Assembly (NCBI GenBank): GCA_963743305.1
Contig: CAVUPH010000007.1
Span: 192,001-256,000, forward strand
Direction: 5' to 3'
Length of the DNA stretch: 64,000 bases
Source of the DNA: an uncultured delta proteobacterium
GTDB taxonomy: Bacteria > Desulfobacterota > RBG-13-43-22
The notes below the pieces were generated by a model. The model saw nothing but the letters and a program-made list of their open reading frames with translations, had not been told where the DNA came from and did not search any database. The stretch's first letter is position 1; the number at the start of each line of letters is the position of its first letter. The translations under genes and the position numbers were made by a program. Shown one piece after another: positions 9,744-21,187 of the stretch.

Positions 9744-12700
9744 GCTCTATTATCCTCAAAATACAAGCCCATCGGCGCTCCATCTTGTTTGTCGTCCTGG
9801 TGCTGGCCGTGGCCGGTGCGGTCCTGTCTTTTAAAATACCTGTTTCCTTATTCCCAACGATTGATTTTCCCCGGGTCGTCGTTTCCCTGGATGCCGGAGA
9901 CCGGGCCGCGGAATTGATGGAATTAGAAGTGACCCGACCGGTTGAAGAGGCCTTGCGGGCCGTGCCCGGCGTGAAATCCGTACGCTCCACCAGCAGCCGC
10001 GGCAGCGCTGAAATCTTCGCTGACTTCGACTGGGGGGCCGATATGGTCGCCTCGCTGCTGCAGGCCGAGTCGGCCGTCAGCCGGGTAATCCCACAGTTGC
10101 CGGCCGGGACGACCTTCGAGGTGACCCGGAGGGACCCGACGGTATTTCCCGTGTCGGCCTACAGCCTCGTTTCCGACCGACACTCCCTGACCGAATTGTA
10201 TGACCTGGCCCGATACCGGTTGGTCCCCTTATTGTCCAGCGTGAATGGGGTCTCCCGGGTCCAGGTGCAGGGAGGGGCCAGGGAAGAATACCGGGTCACC
10301 GTGGATCCGGCCCGACTGCACACCTACGGCCTGACCCTGAATGACGTGGCCCAGGCCCTCACCGCGGCCAATGTGATCACGGCGGTTGGACGTCTGGAAG
10401 ATCATTATAAACTGTACCTGGTGATGTCCGATACCCGTCTGACCAGCCTGGACAAAATCCGTCAAACCATCCTGCGCAGCGGTCCGAACGGCTTGGTCCG
10501 CCTGGAGGATGTGGCGGACGTCCAGAGCGATACCGTGCCGCAGTGGCTGCGGGTGACGGCCGACGGGCATGAGGCCGTCTTGGTCGAATATCTACCAGCA
10601 ATTGGGGGGCAATACCGTCCGGATCGCTCAGGACCTCAAGGCCAAACTGGCCGCCTTTCATTCTCAGCTCCCTAAGGATGTCCGCCTCAGCAACTGGTAT
10701 GACCAGAGCGAATTGATTTTGGCTTCGGCCGGCAGCGTGCGCGACGCCCTGATTATCGGCATCCTCCTCGGGGCCCTGGTCTTACTCCTTTTTCTGCGCA
10801 ATTTCAAAATTACCTTGATCGCCGTCATCATCGTGCCCACGGTCCTGACGGCCACCATTCTATTGCTTTATGTGATGAACATGAGTTTCAATATTATGAC
10901 CCTGGGGGGGATGGCCGCGGCCGTGGGACTGATCATCGACGATGTCATCGTTATGGTCGAGCATATCATGCGCCGCCTGCGGGCCGGCGGGGGGAGCATC
11001 GGGGCCGGGTCATGGCTGCGGCCCGTGAATTCGCCCAGCCCCTTTCCGGGTCCTCTTCGGCCACCATCATTATCTTTTTGCCCCTGGCCTTTTTAAGCGG
11101 GGTTACCGGGGCCTTTTTCAAGGCCCTCTCGCTGACCATCGGCGCGGCCCTGGTTTTTTCCTACTTGATCACTTTCTTGGCCGTTCCCCTTCTGGCCGAC
11201 CATCTCTTGGGCAAAAAAGATGCCGAGCAAAAAGAAGGTGGCCGATGGACGACTTATGTGCATGGTCGATATGCCTGGCTGATGGAGCGGGTTCTGAAAC
11301 GGCCTGTCTTTATTTTGTTCGGGATTATTCCCCTGCTGCTGGCGGGGGTTATGGGCTACCGACAGGTGGGGTCCGGTTTTATGCCCCATATGGATGAAGG
11401 CGGCTTTATCCTGGATTGCCGGACCCCGGCCGGAACGGCCCTTTCGGAGACCGATCGCTTATTACGGCAACTAGAGGACATTATTAAAACTACCCCTGAG
11501 GTGCGGACCTACTCGCGGCGCACCGGCACCCAATTAGGCGGAGGCTCTGACCGAAGCCAACTCCAGCGATTTTTTTATTCGTCTGAAACCCTTGCCCAGA
11601 CGTCCCATCGACCAGATTATGGATGAAATTCGAGGTAAAATCGAGCAGACGGTGCCCGGGGTTAAAATTGAATTGGCCCTGCTCATGGAAGACCTGATCG
11701 GGGATTTAACGGCCGTTCCCCAACCCATAGAAATCAAGCTTTATTCGGACAGCCTTTCCGAGCTGCGCTCCCTGGCGCCCAGGGTAGCGGCGGTCATCAG
11801 CCGTGTTCGGGGCGTGGTGGATGTCAAAAGCGGTATCGTCCTGGCCGGGGATGCCCTGGAGGTCAAGGTCGACCGGACCAAGGCCGCTCTGGAGGGCGTC
11901 GATCCCGAGAGTATTACCCGCATGCTGAACGACTACTTGACCGGCGTGGTGATCACCAAGATTCAAAAAGAAGTCAAAATGGTCGGGGTTCGGGTCTGGA
12001 TCCCCCAGGGCCTACGAGAATCGACCAGCACCATTGGCAATTTATTATTACGCGCGCCTGATGGTCATTCATTCCCTTTGAGGCGGATAGCCGAATTAGT
12101 GCCTGTCTCCGGTCAGCCGGAGATCACCAGTGAAAACCTGAAACCCATGGTGGCCGTTACCGGGCGCATCAGCGGTCGTGACCTGGGGTCGGTCATGGGG
12201 GAGATAAACCAGGCCTTGGAGCGTCCCGGGTTAATGCCTCAGGGGGTTTACTTTGAATGGGGGGGCCTGTATAAACAACAACAGATCGCTTTTAAAGGGC
12301 TCCTGGCCGTGTTTGTGGCGGCCATTGCCCTGGTTTTTTTACTGCTTCTGTTTTTATATGAACGCTTTCGGATCGTACTGGCCATCATGGCCATTCCCTT
12401 ATTATCCTTATCGGCAGTATTTATCGGCTTATGGCTGACCGGAATCGAACTCAATATCTCGGCCATGATGGGCATGACCATGATCGTCGGCATCGTCACC
12501 GAAGTGGCCGTCTTTTATTTTTCGGAATTTGAGGACCTTTTATTAATCTCAGAAACCAGGGAGACCCTTCCGGCACTGATCGAGGCCGGCAAAAACCGGA
12601 TGCGGGCCATCGTCATGTCCACCTTTGTGACCGTGCTCACCCTGTTGCCCCTGGCCCTGGCCATCGGCCAGGGATCGGCCATGCAGCAACCCCTGGCCAT

Positions 12701-12818
12701 TGCCATTATTTCCGGGCTGTTGATCCAGATTCCCCTGGTCCTGATCGTCATGCCGACCTTGTATCATTTATTATCATCGAAAAAATCCGTTAGGAATTCA
12801 GCGGCTATCGAGGGCTGA
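9740..12818 (+). CDS. RND efflux permease (CusA/CzcA/AcrB family), with three apparent frameshifts (~10585, ~10995, ~11545)
   Basis: Consecutive ORFs 9740, 10569, 11012 and 11592 tile one ~1025 aa RND pump (FPTIDFP, VGLIIDD, RMRAIVMST, QQPLAIAIISGL). Confidence 0.88.
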
Positions 12819-12824
12819 CCGGCG

Positions 12825-13494
12825 ATGCGGTTATTGATCGTTGAAGATGAAAAGTCCCTGGCCGACATCCTTAAAAAGGGGCTGGAGGAGGAAGGTTATG
12901 CGGTCGATGTGGCCTATGACGGCGAAGAGGGCCTTTTTATGGCTGAACATGAGGCTTCCGACCTGATTGTCCTGGATATTATGTTACCTCTGATAGACGG
13001 AATCGACCATTTTGAAAAATATTCGCCGAAAGGGGGTTCGGACCCCGGTGCTGATGCTGACGGCCAAAGACACCGTCCTGGATAAAATAACCGGGTTGGA
13101 TCACGGGGCCGACGACTATTTGACCAAACCCTTTTCTTTTGATGAACTGCTGGCCCGCCTGCGGGCCTTAGTGAGAAGAAGTTCAGCGGCCGGGTCTTCG
13201 ATGATCGAGATCGCGGACCTGGTGATCGACCTGGCCTCGCACCAGGTGAGTCGAGGAGAAAATCCGGTGGTGCTTTCGCCCAAAGAATATGCCCTCTTGG
13301 AGTATCTGGCCATTCATAAGAATCAGGTGCTCAGCCGGACCGTTTTGACGGAGCATCTCTATGACCAGGATTTTGACCTGGACAGCAACGTGATCGATGT
13401 CTTCATCAACCGCCTGCGGAACAAAATCGACAAGGGATTTGATCAGAAACTGATTCACACCTTACGGGGCGCCGGATATCTGCTGAGAGAATAA
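12825..13494 (+). CDS. OmpR-family response regulator (CusR/CzcR-like), frameshift near 13004
   Basis: MRLLIVEDE...VLDIMLP then PVLMLTAKD, GADDYLTKPF and IHTLRGAGY across two frames. Confidence 0.88.
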
Positions 13495-13495
13495 A

Positions 13496-14878
13496 ATGTT
13501 TTCTTCCATCAAGGCCAAAATCATCGTTTTTTATCTGGTCGTTTTGTTTTTCAGCCTGTCGATTTTGGGGATCTTCCTTTATCTGGGCCTCCAGACCATC
13601 GTCTATCGCTCGATCGATTCCACCCTCCTTTCCCGGGCCAGGGCGCTGGCTATGCTGATTCGGAAGGGTGAGCGGGAGGCCGAATTCCCCTTTTCCGATG
13701 ACGCCCTTTGGGAATATCATTCCTCAAAATCCAAGCACTTTTTTCAGATCCGCCGCGGGGACGGCACCACGATCGAAAAATCGGCCTCTCTCCGGGATCA
13801 GGATCTCCCCTGGACGGGGAGGCCGGATTCCAACCGCTTTGAAAATATGTTCTTAAAACGGATTCCACTGCGGGAGATCATTTTCCCCTTCCCCGGGAAG
13901 GAGGGCCGGGGTGAAACCCTCTACATCCAGTGCGCCGAAGACATTCGCGAACAAAAGGATCTATTGCAGGATTATCAGGAGGTGCTTTTCTCGGTCGTCG
14001 CATCCATCTTGATCCTCTCCGCCTTCGGGGGATTTCTGATCTCGCGGAAGGCGCTGGCCCCGATCCAATCGATTTCTGAAACCATGGGCCGAATTTCCGA
14101 AATCAACTTGTCGGAACGCATCACCGGGGAAAATATTCCCCGGGAGTTGGGAACCCTGGCCGCTTCCTTCAACCGGACCCTGGAACGGCTCGAGGGATCG
14201 TTTCAACGCCAAAAACAGTTTGCCGCCGACGCCTCCCATGAGCTGCGGACCCCGCTGGCGGTTATCCTCAGTCAGGGTGAGGTGACCCTGCGGAAAGATC
14301 GAGAAGGGGAGGAATACCGGGACGCCCTCCGGACCATAGTTGGGGCGGCCCGGGTAATGTCCGAAATCATCGAAAAGCTACTCAGTGCGGCCCGCTTGGG
14401 AACCGAAGGTCTGGAGCCGCTACGGGAAGATATCGCCCTCTATTCGGTCATCCGGGAGTCTCTGGACCTGGTCCAGCCCCTGGCCGCGCCGCGGAACATT
14501 CGGATAACGATGGCTGTGCCGGGGCCTCTATCGATCCGCGGGGATCGGGTCCGACTGAAGGAGTTGTTCACCAACCTGCTGGATAACGCGGTCAAATACA
14601 ACGTCCCGGCGGGAAAGATCGATATTTCCGGCAGAAGGACCGGTGATGGGGTGCAGATAGATATCCGGGATACGGGTATCGGTATCCCCGAGGCAGAATT
14701 GGGCCGGGTCTTTGACCGGTTTTACCGGGTGGATAAATCCCGCTCCCGGGATAGCGGGGGGGCCGGGCTGGGCTTGAGCATCTGCCGGGAAATTATAAAA
14801 CAGCATGGAGGCCGTATCGAACTGAAAAGTGCCGGCGGTGCCGGGGTGATGGCTTCGGTATATCTGCCGGTGGGCTGA
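13496..14878 (+). CDS. Heavy-metal-type sensor histidine kinase (CusS/CzcS-like)
   Basis: Two TM segments, HAMP, FAADASHELRTPL, NLLDNAVKY, FYRVDKSRSR and GAGLGL. Confidence 0.9.
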   Translation: MFSSIKAKIIVFYLVVLFFSLSILGIFLYLGLQTIVYRSIDSTLLSRARALAMLIRKGEREAEFPFSDDALWEYHSSKSKHFFQIRRGDGTTIEKSASLRDQDLPWTGRPDSNRFENMFLKRIPLREIIFPFPGKEGRGETLYIQCAEDIREQKDLLQDYQEVLFSVVASILILSAFGGFLISRKALAPIQSISETMGRISEINLSERITGENIPRELGTLAASFNRTLERLEGSFQRQKQFAADASHELRTPLAVILSQGEVTLRKDREGEEYRDALRTIVGAARVMSEIIEKLLSAARLGTEGLEPLREDIALYSVIRESLDLVQPLAAPRNIRITMAVPGPLSIRGDRVRLKELFTNLLDNAVKYNVPAGKIDISGRRTGDGVQIDIRDTGIGIPEAELGRVFDRFYRVDKSRSRDSGGAGLGLSICREIIKQHGGRIELKSAGGAGVMASVYLPVG

Positions 14879-14935
14879 TGGGGCTTAGGTCAGGCCGGAT
14901 GGCGGAGGAGCCTGTAAATAAGGCCAAAGGCTTAT

Positions 14936-15032
14936 GTCATTGCGAGCGAAGCGAAGCAATCCCCCGATTTAGCTTAGAGAGTGATGTAAGCCTACGGGGG
15001 GATTGCTTCGTCGCTTCGCTCCTCGCAATGAC
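14936..15032. repeat. REP-like palindrome GTCATTGCGAG...CTCGCAATGAC
   Basis: Same arms as 117-204; lies between convergent genes. Confidence 0.85.
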
Positions 15033-15089
15033 GTTTATCCAATTGATTATTAATTATTAATGCCCATCCGTTAGGCCAGGGTATCCAGG

Positions 15090-15857
15090 CTAACCTTCCT
15101 TTAAAATCATCCAGATCAATTTCCCTTCCGGCCGGACCAGGGCGGCCGGGTAACTGCTGGTCAAGCGCTCGGTTTGGTCCAGTACTTTGCGGATGATCTC
15201 CTTTTTTTCGGCCTCGGAGATAAAGAATAATACCAGACGGGCGTGTCGCAGGACCGGCAGGGTGAGGGTGGCCCGCGGCAAACGGGGCGGACGGGGTGAT
15301 TTCTGGACAAAGGCCGCCCAGCGCAGGTTCTCTTTTAAGGCCGGATCACCCGGGAAAAGGGAGGCGGTATGACCGTCTTGGCCCATTCCCAGAATAATCA
15401 GATCGAAGACCGGGAAAAAATGCCCCTTGGCATCTTTGGTCAATGATTCACTTTGTGCCGGCAGGTGTTGAAAATATCTTTTCAGCTCCTCTTCATACAG
15501 GAGGGCAATTTGGGGGCTGGGCCCGGCGTATACCGGTATGGGATGGCAATTTTGGGCCGGAATGGGGACCCGGGAGATCAAGTGGCGCTGGGCCATCCCG
15601 TAATTGCTTTCCTCGTGTTCAAAGGGGACGCACCGTTCATCTCCCAGAAAGAGGTGAATCGCCGGCCAGCAGAGGTCCTGAAGATAGGGAGGTTGACTGA
15701 GACGTTCATACAGGGGTTGGGGGGTCTTCCCGCCCGCCAGGGCCAGGGTGCAGACCCCGCACTTGGAAATCCTTTCGGATACCGACCGGCAAATCAGTTC
15801 GGCCGCGGAATCCACCCACCTAGGCTGATCCGTAAAGCTATGGACTTCCGGTATCAA
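15090..15857 (-). CDS. pgl: 6-phosphogluconolactonase
   Basis: ALAGGKTP, FLGDERCVP and LGMGQDGHTASLFP; downstream of zwf. Confidence 0.93.
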   Translation of the reverse strand: MIPEVHSFTDQPRWVDSAAELICRSVSERISKCGVCTLALAGGKTPQPLYERLSQPPYLQDLCWPAIHLFLGDERCVPFEHEESNYGMAQRHLISRVPIPAQNCHPIPVYAGPSPQIALLYEEELKRYFQHLPAQSESLTKDAKGHFFPVFDLIILGMGQDGHTASLFPGDPALKENLRWAAFVQKSPRPPRLPRATLTLPVLRHARLVLFFISEAEKKEIIRKVLDQTERLTSSYPAALVRPEGKLIWMILKEG

Positions 15858-15946
15858 GGTTCAGGCCTCCTTATGAAACCTGCATATTCTATGAACAGTG
15901 ATTTTCAGAAATACCAAAAGGCAGTCAGATTGTCAAAACAATCCGT

Positions 15947-17497
15947 TTAGACGATCCGCTGGGCGGCCGCCGGTCCCTCACTGCCCGCCGGATAAGGGTA
16001 TAATCGTCGGTCCAGTTGCGAGCAGGTTTCACAGGCGTTGAGGATCGGCGTCAGAAAGGACCAGCAACGTTCCAGCCCGTCCTGGCGCCAGAAGAGCATG
16101 TGGTCCCCCTGGAGGCAGTCGAGCAGCACCTTTTCATAGGCCTCCAAGGGGGGCGATGTGAAACCCTGACGATAGTCGAAGACCATGGTGACCGGCTGCG
16201 ATTGAACCGAGGATCCGGGTTTCTTGGTTTGAAACTGCAGGGTGATGATTTCTTCCGGTTGAATGCCGAGGGTCAGCCGGTTGGACGGGATGGCGTCCCC
16301 GAGGATTCCCCGGAACATGGAATGGGGAATGGACTTGAACTGAATGACGATCTCCGTTTTCTTCCGGGTCAGCCGCTTGCCGGAGGTGAGAACAAAAGGC
16401 ACCCCCTGCCAGCGCCAATTGTCCAGAAAAAGTCGCATTCGGGCGAAGGTGGGAGTCAGGGAATCCGGGCGGACTCCCGGCTCTTGGCGGTAGCCGCGAA
16501 CGGGTTTCCCGTCCGCTGTTCCGGCCTGGTACTGCCCCAGCACCAGGTTCTCAGTCCAGTCATCGATCGGGAACGGACGCAGGGCCTGGAAGAGTTTCAG
16601 CTTTTCATCCTGGACCTGATCGCCCTCGAAAAGGGAAGGGGGTTCCAGGGCCGACAAGGCCAGGAGCTGCATCAAATGATTCTGGAACATATCCCGGATC
16701 ACCCCGGTCTGATCGTAATAGCCCGCCCGCTTTTCGATCCCCAGGGTCTCGGCGGCCGTGATCTGGATGGATTCCACGTACCGGCGATTCCAGAGCGGTT
16801 CGAAAATGGCGTTGGCGAAACGGAACATCAATATGTTTTGCACCGTTTCCTTGGCCAGGTAATGATCCAGGCGGAAGATCTGCCTCTCCTTGAAACTTTG
16901 TAGGAGGACCTGGTTGAGGCTGCGGGCCGATTCCAGGTCCCGGCCAAACGGTTTTTCCACCAGGATCCGCGACCAGCCCTTTCCCGCGGCGAATTCCCGG
17001 GATAACCCGGCTTCGCCCAGGTTCGCGGCGATTTGGGGAACCAGCGGGGCGGGAACGGCCAGATAAAAGATGCGGTTGCCGAGGGTCCGGTGTCGCCGAT
17101 CCAGGTCTTCGAGGGTTCGGGCCAGGTCCTGGTAGGCGCTGGGTGAGTCGTATTGGACGGTGGAATAATAGAGCCGGGAGGCAAAATCGGTCCAGCGGGA
17201 AAGGTCTTCAGTGCCGTGATCGCGCACGGCCTGGTGCATCTGATAGAGGAAGGATTCCCGGTTCAGCGGAGTGCGGGCGCAGCCTAAGATAATGAATTGT
17301 TTCGGCATGCCTTCCTGAATATAGAGCTGATAGAGGGCCGGCAACAGTTTCTTGCCGGTCAGGTCTCCGGAAGCCCCAAAGATGGTGATAATAAAAGGGT
17401 CCTGGCCGCCTGCCACCGGGCAGACTCCCGGGGCCGGACCTCCCAAGTTTAATGGACCGCGGGCCACCGGGGTGTCGATGGGATCGTCCAAGCTCAA
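15947..17497 (-). CDS. zwf: Glucose-6-phosphate 1-dehydrogenase
   Basis: [28 protein letters not shown] and RWQGVPF. Confidence 0.96.
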   Translation of the reverse strand: MSLDDPIDTPVARGPLNLGGPAPGVCPVAGGQDPFIITIFGASGDLTGKKLLPALYQLYIQEGMPKQFIILGCARTPLNRESFLYQMHQAVRDHGTEDLSRWTDFASRLYYSTVQYDSPSAYQDLARTLEDLDRRHRTLGNRIFYLAVPAPLVPQIAANLGEAGLSREFAAGKGWSRILVEKPFGRDLESARSLNQVLLQSFKERQIFRLDHYLAKETVQNILMFRFANAIFEPLWNRRYVESIQITAAETLGIEKRAGYYDQTGVIRDMFQNHLMQLLALSALEPPSLFEGDQVQDEKLKLFQALRPFPIDDWTENLVLGQYQAGTADGKPVRGYRQEPGVRPDSLTPTFARMRLFLDNWRWQGVPFVLTSGKRLTRKKTEIVIQFKSIPHSMFRGILGDAIPSNRLTLGIQPEEIITLQFQTKKPGSSVQSQPVTMVFDYRQGFTSPPLEAYEKVLLDCLQGDHMLFWRQDGLERCWSFLTPILNACETCSQLDRRLYPYPAGSEGPAAAQRIV

Positions 17498-17607
17498 ATC
17501 TTCTTCCCTCCGGAGGGGGCCGCCGGGTGTCCGCCGAATTCCTGCTTGAGCGCCGGCCGCAACCGGTTAGCTGATAGATTCAGGTTCCGGAACAAAAAGC
17601 GCTGCAT
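17494..17607 (-). pseudogene. gnd: C-terminal remnant of 6-phosphogluconate dehydrogenase (short Gnd type)
   Basis: [37 protein letters not shown] resembles the Gnd C-terminal RF.SR...ALR.EFGGH motif; its TGA overlaps the zwf TTG start. Confidence 0.7.
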
Positions 17608-17612
17608 TACTA

Positions 17613-18050
17613 TTACTTGAGCTGTTTCAGTTGAGCCTGGTAGAGCACTATTCGGGCCTGATTCAGGCGGACATAATAGTTTTTTATTTTTTTTGCATCC
17701 CCTTTGACCAGGGCCTTGACCAGGTCTCCTTCCAATTCCGCCACTTCCAGCAGGCGGTAGTAATCCAGGGTCTCCTTGAAATGGGCCATAACGATCAGCC
17801 CGGTGAGCAGGGGATGATTATTGGTGACATTGGCGTCGTTGAAGGTCACTCCGTGTTCCAGTTCAACCTCCAGACCTTTACGGAATTCTTCAGGATCGAC
17901 CTTCATTTTTCCGGTGTTGACCAGGCGCAGGATGATTTTGGCTTCCGCCGGGCTGACCAGCGCCTTTTTCTTTTTGGTCCAGTCGCTGATTTTTAATTCC
18001 TGGCAAGTTTTCTTGACTTCGGCCGCGGTTACGTATTCGGGCAATTTCAT
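17613..18050 (-). CDS. DUF5661-like conserved protein
   Basis: GLEVELEHG...NVTNNHPLLTGLIVMAHFKETLDYY motif; AAGGAG RBS. Confidence 0.7.
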   Translation of the reverse strand: MKLPEYVTAAEVKKTCQELKISDWTKKKKALVSPAEAKIILRLVNTGKMKVDPEEFRKGLEVELEHGVTFNDANVTNNHPLLTGLIVMAHFKETLDYYRLLEVAELEGDLVKALVKGDAKKIKNYYVRLNQARIVLYQAQLKQLK

Positions 18051-18134
18051 CGATGGGCTCCTTTTCCCGGATGTTGATTTTCAACCCCTATTAATTTATA
18101 GGATACCAGATTTCCGAGGCAATCCTCAACAGCC

Positions 18135-18208
18135 CGTCTTCTTTTTTCTTTTCTCCTCTCCTCCTCATTGATCTTCCCCCATCTCCCTTCTTCTCTCTTC
18201 CCTCTCCG
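18135..18208. repeat. Purine/pyrimidine-skewed degenerate ~7-nt periodic arm (AGAGGGA-like on the minus strand)
   Basis: TCTTCCCCCATCTCCCTTCTTCTCTCTTCCCTCTCC immediately after the amidase stop codon. Confidence 0.45.
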
Positions 18209-18215
18209 TATAGAC

Positions 18216-19649
18216 CTAGGCCATCCAGGAGAGGTCGGGGCGTCGGCGATGCCAGTCGGTGGCCTGTTCATAGGCCGAGGCGATGCGCAGGGCCAGTCCT
18301 TCTTTGAAGGGCGGGGCGTAGATCATCAGGCCGACGGGCAGGCCTTGGCGCGTGAATCCGCAGGGAATGGACAGGGCACAGAAATTGAGGACATTGCCGA
18401 TAAAGGTGTTCCGTAGGTACCGAGCGTTGTAGGCGTAGTAGCTTTCGAGGCTCTGGTCCACGACTTTCAAGGGCGCGGAGGGGATGGGGGTGGTGGGAAC
18501 GATCAGGGCGTCAAAATCCCGCAGCCGTTGACGCACCCGTTCTCGAAGGGATTGCCATTGCTTCCAGGTGGAAAGATAATCAACGGCCAAGAGTTGCCGC
18601 CCTTTGACCATACGTCGGGCAATCACCGGATCCAGTTCTTCGAAGTGCCGCACCAGAAAATCGTTGTTGACCACGCAGGCTTCGGCCGCGGTGATGAGGG
18701 GCGTATGGGGATTTTGGATGATTTCGGCGGCCTCGGGCAGATCCAGACTTTCCACCCGCGCTCCGTTAGAGCACAAAATGGTCCTCGCTGCCCGGACCGC
18801 CGCCTCCACCTCCGAGTCGGTCTGATCGAAGAAAACGGTTTCAGCCAGGCCCAGGCGAAGACCGGCCAGACCGGCCTTTAGACCTCCAAGCCAGTCGGCC
18901 GCCGGGACGCGTCGCGTGGTTTCATCGCCTTGATCGATCCCCTGCAATCCCCGGCCGATCAAGGCCGCGTCTTCCACCGAGCGGGTCAACGGTCCGATCG
19001 AGTCCAGGCGAAAGCTCAGCGGGTACACCCCGCTCCGTCCAACGCGGCCCACGGTGGTTTTCAATCCCACCAAACCGCAGAGGGAGGCGGGGATGCGCAC
19101 CGATCCGCCGGTGTCGGTGCCCAGGGCCGCCGGGACCAGCCCGGAGGCGACGGCCACGGCCGATCCGCTGCTGGAGCCGCCGGGAACATGAGGACGCCGT
19201 TTCCAGGGATTGAGGGGCGTGCCCTGATCGTGATTGATTCCCACCCCGCCGTAAGCGAACTGCACCGTCTGGGTCTTTCCGATGAGCACCATTCCGGCCC
19301 GGCGCAGACGTTGTACGGCCCAGGAATCCGACTGGGCCATAGCGTTCTTCCTCAGGCGGGTACCGGCGGTGGTAGGGACCCCTTGAACGTCAAAAAGGTC
19401 CTTGACCGCGTAGGGAACGCCGCAGAGCGGCCCGGGATCGTCCCGTTTCAGCCAGGCCTGCTCCGCCCGCCGGGCCTCGTTCAGTGCCCGTTCCGGGGTG
19501 AGGGCTATAAAGGATTTCAGCCGGGGGTCGAATTTCTGGATCCGCTCCAGCAGGTGCCGGCTGACCTCCACCGGACTCAATGATCGGTCCCGGTAGCGTC
19601 GGATCAGGTCCGAAATAGTCAGGTAATGAATGGGCGGGTCGGATGCCAT
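18216..19649 (-). CDS. Amidase-signature family enzyme (GatA/AtzE-like)
   Basis: [14 protein letters not shown] and [13 protein letters not shown] catalytic motifs. Confidence 0.9.
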   Translation of the reverse strand: MASDPPIHYLTISDLIRRYRDRSLSPVEVSRHLLERIQKFDPRLKSFIALTPERALNEARRAEQAWLKRDDPGPLCGVPYAVKDLFDVQGVPTTAGTRLRKNAMAQSDSWAVQRLRRAGMVLIGKTQTVQFAYGGVGINHDQGTPLNPWKRRPHVPGGSSSGSAVAVASGLVPAALGTDTGGSVRIPASLCGLVGLKTTVGRVGRSGVYPLSFRLDSIGPLTRSVEDAALIGRGLQGIDQGDETTRRVPAADWLGGLKAGLAGLRLGLAETVFFDQTDSEVEAAVRAARTILCSNGARVESLDLPEAAEIIQNPHTPLITAAEACVVNNDFLVRHFEELDPVIARRMVKGRQLLAVDYLSTWKQWQSLRERVRQRLRDFDALIVPTTPIPSAPLKVVDQSLESYYAYNARYLRNTFIGNVLNFCALSIPCGFTRQGLPVGLMIYAPPFKEGLALRIASAYEQATDWHRRRPDLSWMA

Positions 19650-19689
19650 AATGGCCTCTTTCAATAAAAGAGAACTTTGGGTAGTTAGC

Positions 19690-19944
19690 TCAAAAAATAT
19701 CGGTTTCCAATCCAGCGGCCAGGAATTGTACCAGTTCCTGCGTGTTGAAGCCGATGAGGAACCGGTCCCCCTTTTGGATTACCGGGACCCGTTTTTGTTT
19801 GGTCAGGCGAATCATGCGGACCATGGCCTCCCGGTCCCGGGACAGATCGAATTCCTGATACGTCACGCCCTTTTGGTGAAAGAACTCTTTCACGGCCAGA
19901 CACTCCGGTCAGGCGGGCAGGGAATAGACCATAATTTCTTCCAT
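19690..19944 (-). CDS. Selenocysteine-containing glutaredoxin/NrdH-like protein (UxxC)
   Basis: AAGGAG RBS; MEEIMVYSLPA-UGA(19909-19911)-PECLAVKEFF...KRVPVI...IGFN. The UGA sits at the first Cys of the CxxC motif. Confidence 0.85.
19876..19893 (-). promoter_or_regulatory. Candidate SECIS hairpin for the glutaredoxin
   Basis: GUGAAAG-AGUU-CUUUCAC starts 15 nt after the UGA, with a G in the apical loop. Confidence 0.65.
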
Positions 19945-20020
19945 GGCATGATCTCCTTGGTTGCCTATAACTTCGAAATACGAAATCCGAAACCAGCCTG
20001 AAGGTCCGAAATCCGGCTAT

Positions 20021-21187
20021 TCAGGTTTTCAGCTTGGTGGTGATGGATTCGATGATTCTCCGTTTAAATACCTCCCGGTCAAAGGTCCGGGCAAAGGATT
20101 GGAGCTTTTCCGGCTGGATCAAGTGAAGATGATCCTCCAAGGTGCGGACGGCCTCCATGAGGGCCTCTTCCGTCTGCTGGTAAAAAAAGACTCCGCTGAA
20201 AAAATCCTTTTTCCCGTCCTGAAGTTCGGTGAGGGGAATCACGGTTTCCAAGGCCCCGCCCAACCCATAGGCCACTACCGGCCGGCCCGAGGCCTGGGCC
20301 TCCAAGGGGGTAATGCCGGCGTCTTCTTCCCCGGGAAAAATCAAGGCCCGGCATTCCCCGTACAACTGTTTAAGCTGTTCAGGATCAGCCCACCCGAACC
20401 AGGTGATATTTTTCTTGGATTCCCCTTGGAGCCGTTCGAGCAGCGGGCCTTTTCCCACGATAATCAGCGGAATTCCTAAGCGATTGAAGGCCCGCACCGC
20501 CAGGTCGACCCGCTTGTAGGGGGCCAGGGCTGTGACCATCAGGTAGTATTCCCGAGGCCCTTCAGCCAGGCTGAATTGGCCCGTGTCGACCGGGACCGGG
20601 ATCACTTCCGCTTCTCGCTGGTAATAGCGCCGGATCCGTTTTCGCACGTGATCGGAGTCGGCTAAAAAGTGATCTACCCGCCGGCAGGTCCGGACATCCC
20701 ATTTCCGAAAAAGAGGGGCGACCAAGGGCATCAGCAGCTTGGGCAGGCGCCCGGCCTGCGATTCCCGACCGAAATAGATGTCGTACATGTCCCAGACGTA
20801 GCGGATGGGGGTGAAAACATAGGAGATGTGCTTCGTCGGGGACTGCGCCCGGGCCGCCTTGGCCACGCAGTGGCTGCTGGACAAGACCAGATCGTAGCCT
20901 TTGAAGGAAAGGCCCTCCATGGCCAGGGGAAAGAGGGGCAGGTAGTTCCGATATTTAGCGGCCAGAAAGGGCAGGTGTTGAATCCAGGTTGTCTGGATGG
21001 GATGCCCTTCGATGGTCGGAGAGACTGTCCCGGGAAAATGGAAGAGGGTATAGAGGTCGGCTTGGGGGAAGATCTCGCAGAAGATCTCCAGGCATTTTTC
21101 TCCACCCCGCATCCCGGTTAACCAGTCATGGACCAGGGCCACCCGCAGGGTTTTCAAAAAGGCCTCGTTCCCTCTGATTTCAGACAT
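20021..21187 (-). CDS. Glycosyltransferase family 4
   Basis: ALVHDWLTGMRGGEK and EEDAGITPLEAQASGRPVVA. Confidence 0.92.
   Translation of the reverse strand: MSEIRGNEAFLKTLRVALVHDWLTGMRGGEKCLEIFCEIFPQADLYTLFHFPGTVSPTIEGHPIQTTWIQHLPFLAAKYRNYLPLFPLAMEGLSFKGYDLVLSSSHCVAKAARAQSPTKHISYVFTPIRYVWDMYDIYFGRESQAGRLPKLLMPLVAPLFRKWDVRTCRRVDHFLADSDHVRKRIRRYYQREAEVIPVPVDTGQFSLAEGPREYYLMVTALAPYKRVDLAVRAFNRLGIPLIIVGKGPLLERLQGESKKNITWFGWADPEQLKQLYGECRALIFPGEEDAGITPLEAQASGRPVVAYGLGGALETVIPLTELQDGKKDFFSGVFFYQQTEEALMEAVRTLEDHLHLIQPEKLQSFARTFDREVFKRRIIESITTKLKT

Noticed and set aside
9740-13494. Programmed ribosomal frameshifting in the RND and regulator genes
   Set aside because: No consistent slippery motif, and indels of both signs are scattered across unrelated genes.
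14878-15060. Short ORFs over REP or periodic elements (also 15-200, 36978-37355, 53674-54294, 58526-58741, 62171-62410)
   Set aside because: They are translations of repeats (CHCERSEAI, SLLAMT, FDVRCS) or antisense shadows, with no independent coding evidence.
16016-16903. Long antisense or alternate-frame ORFs over zwf and other genes
   Set aside because: Shadow ORFs expected from GC-rich codon bias; no recognisable motifs.
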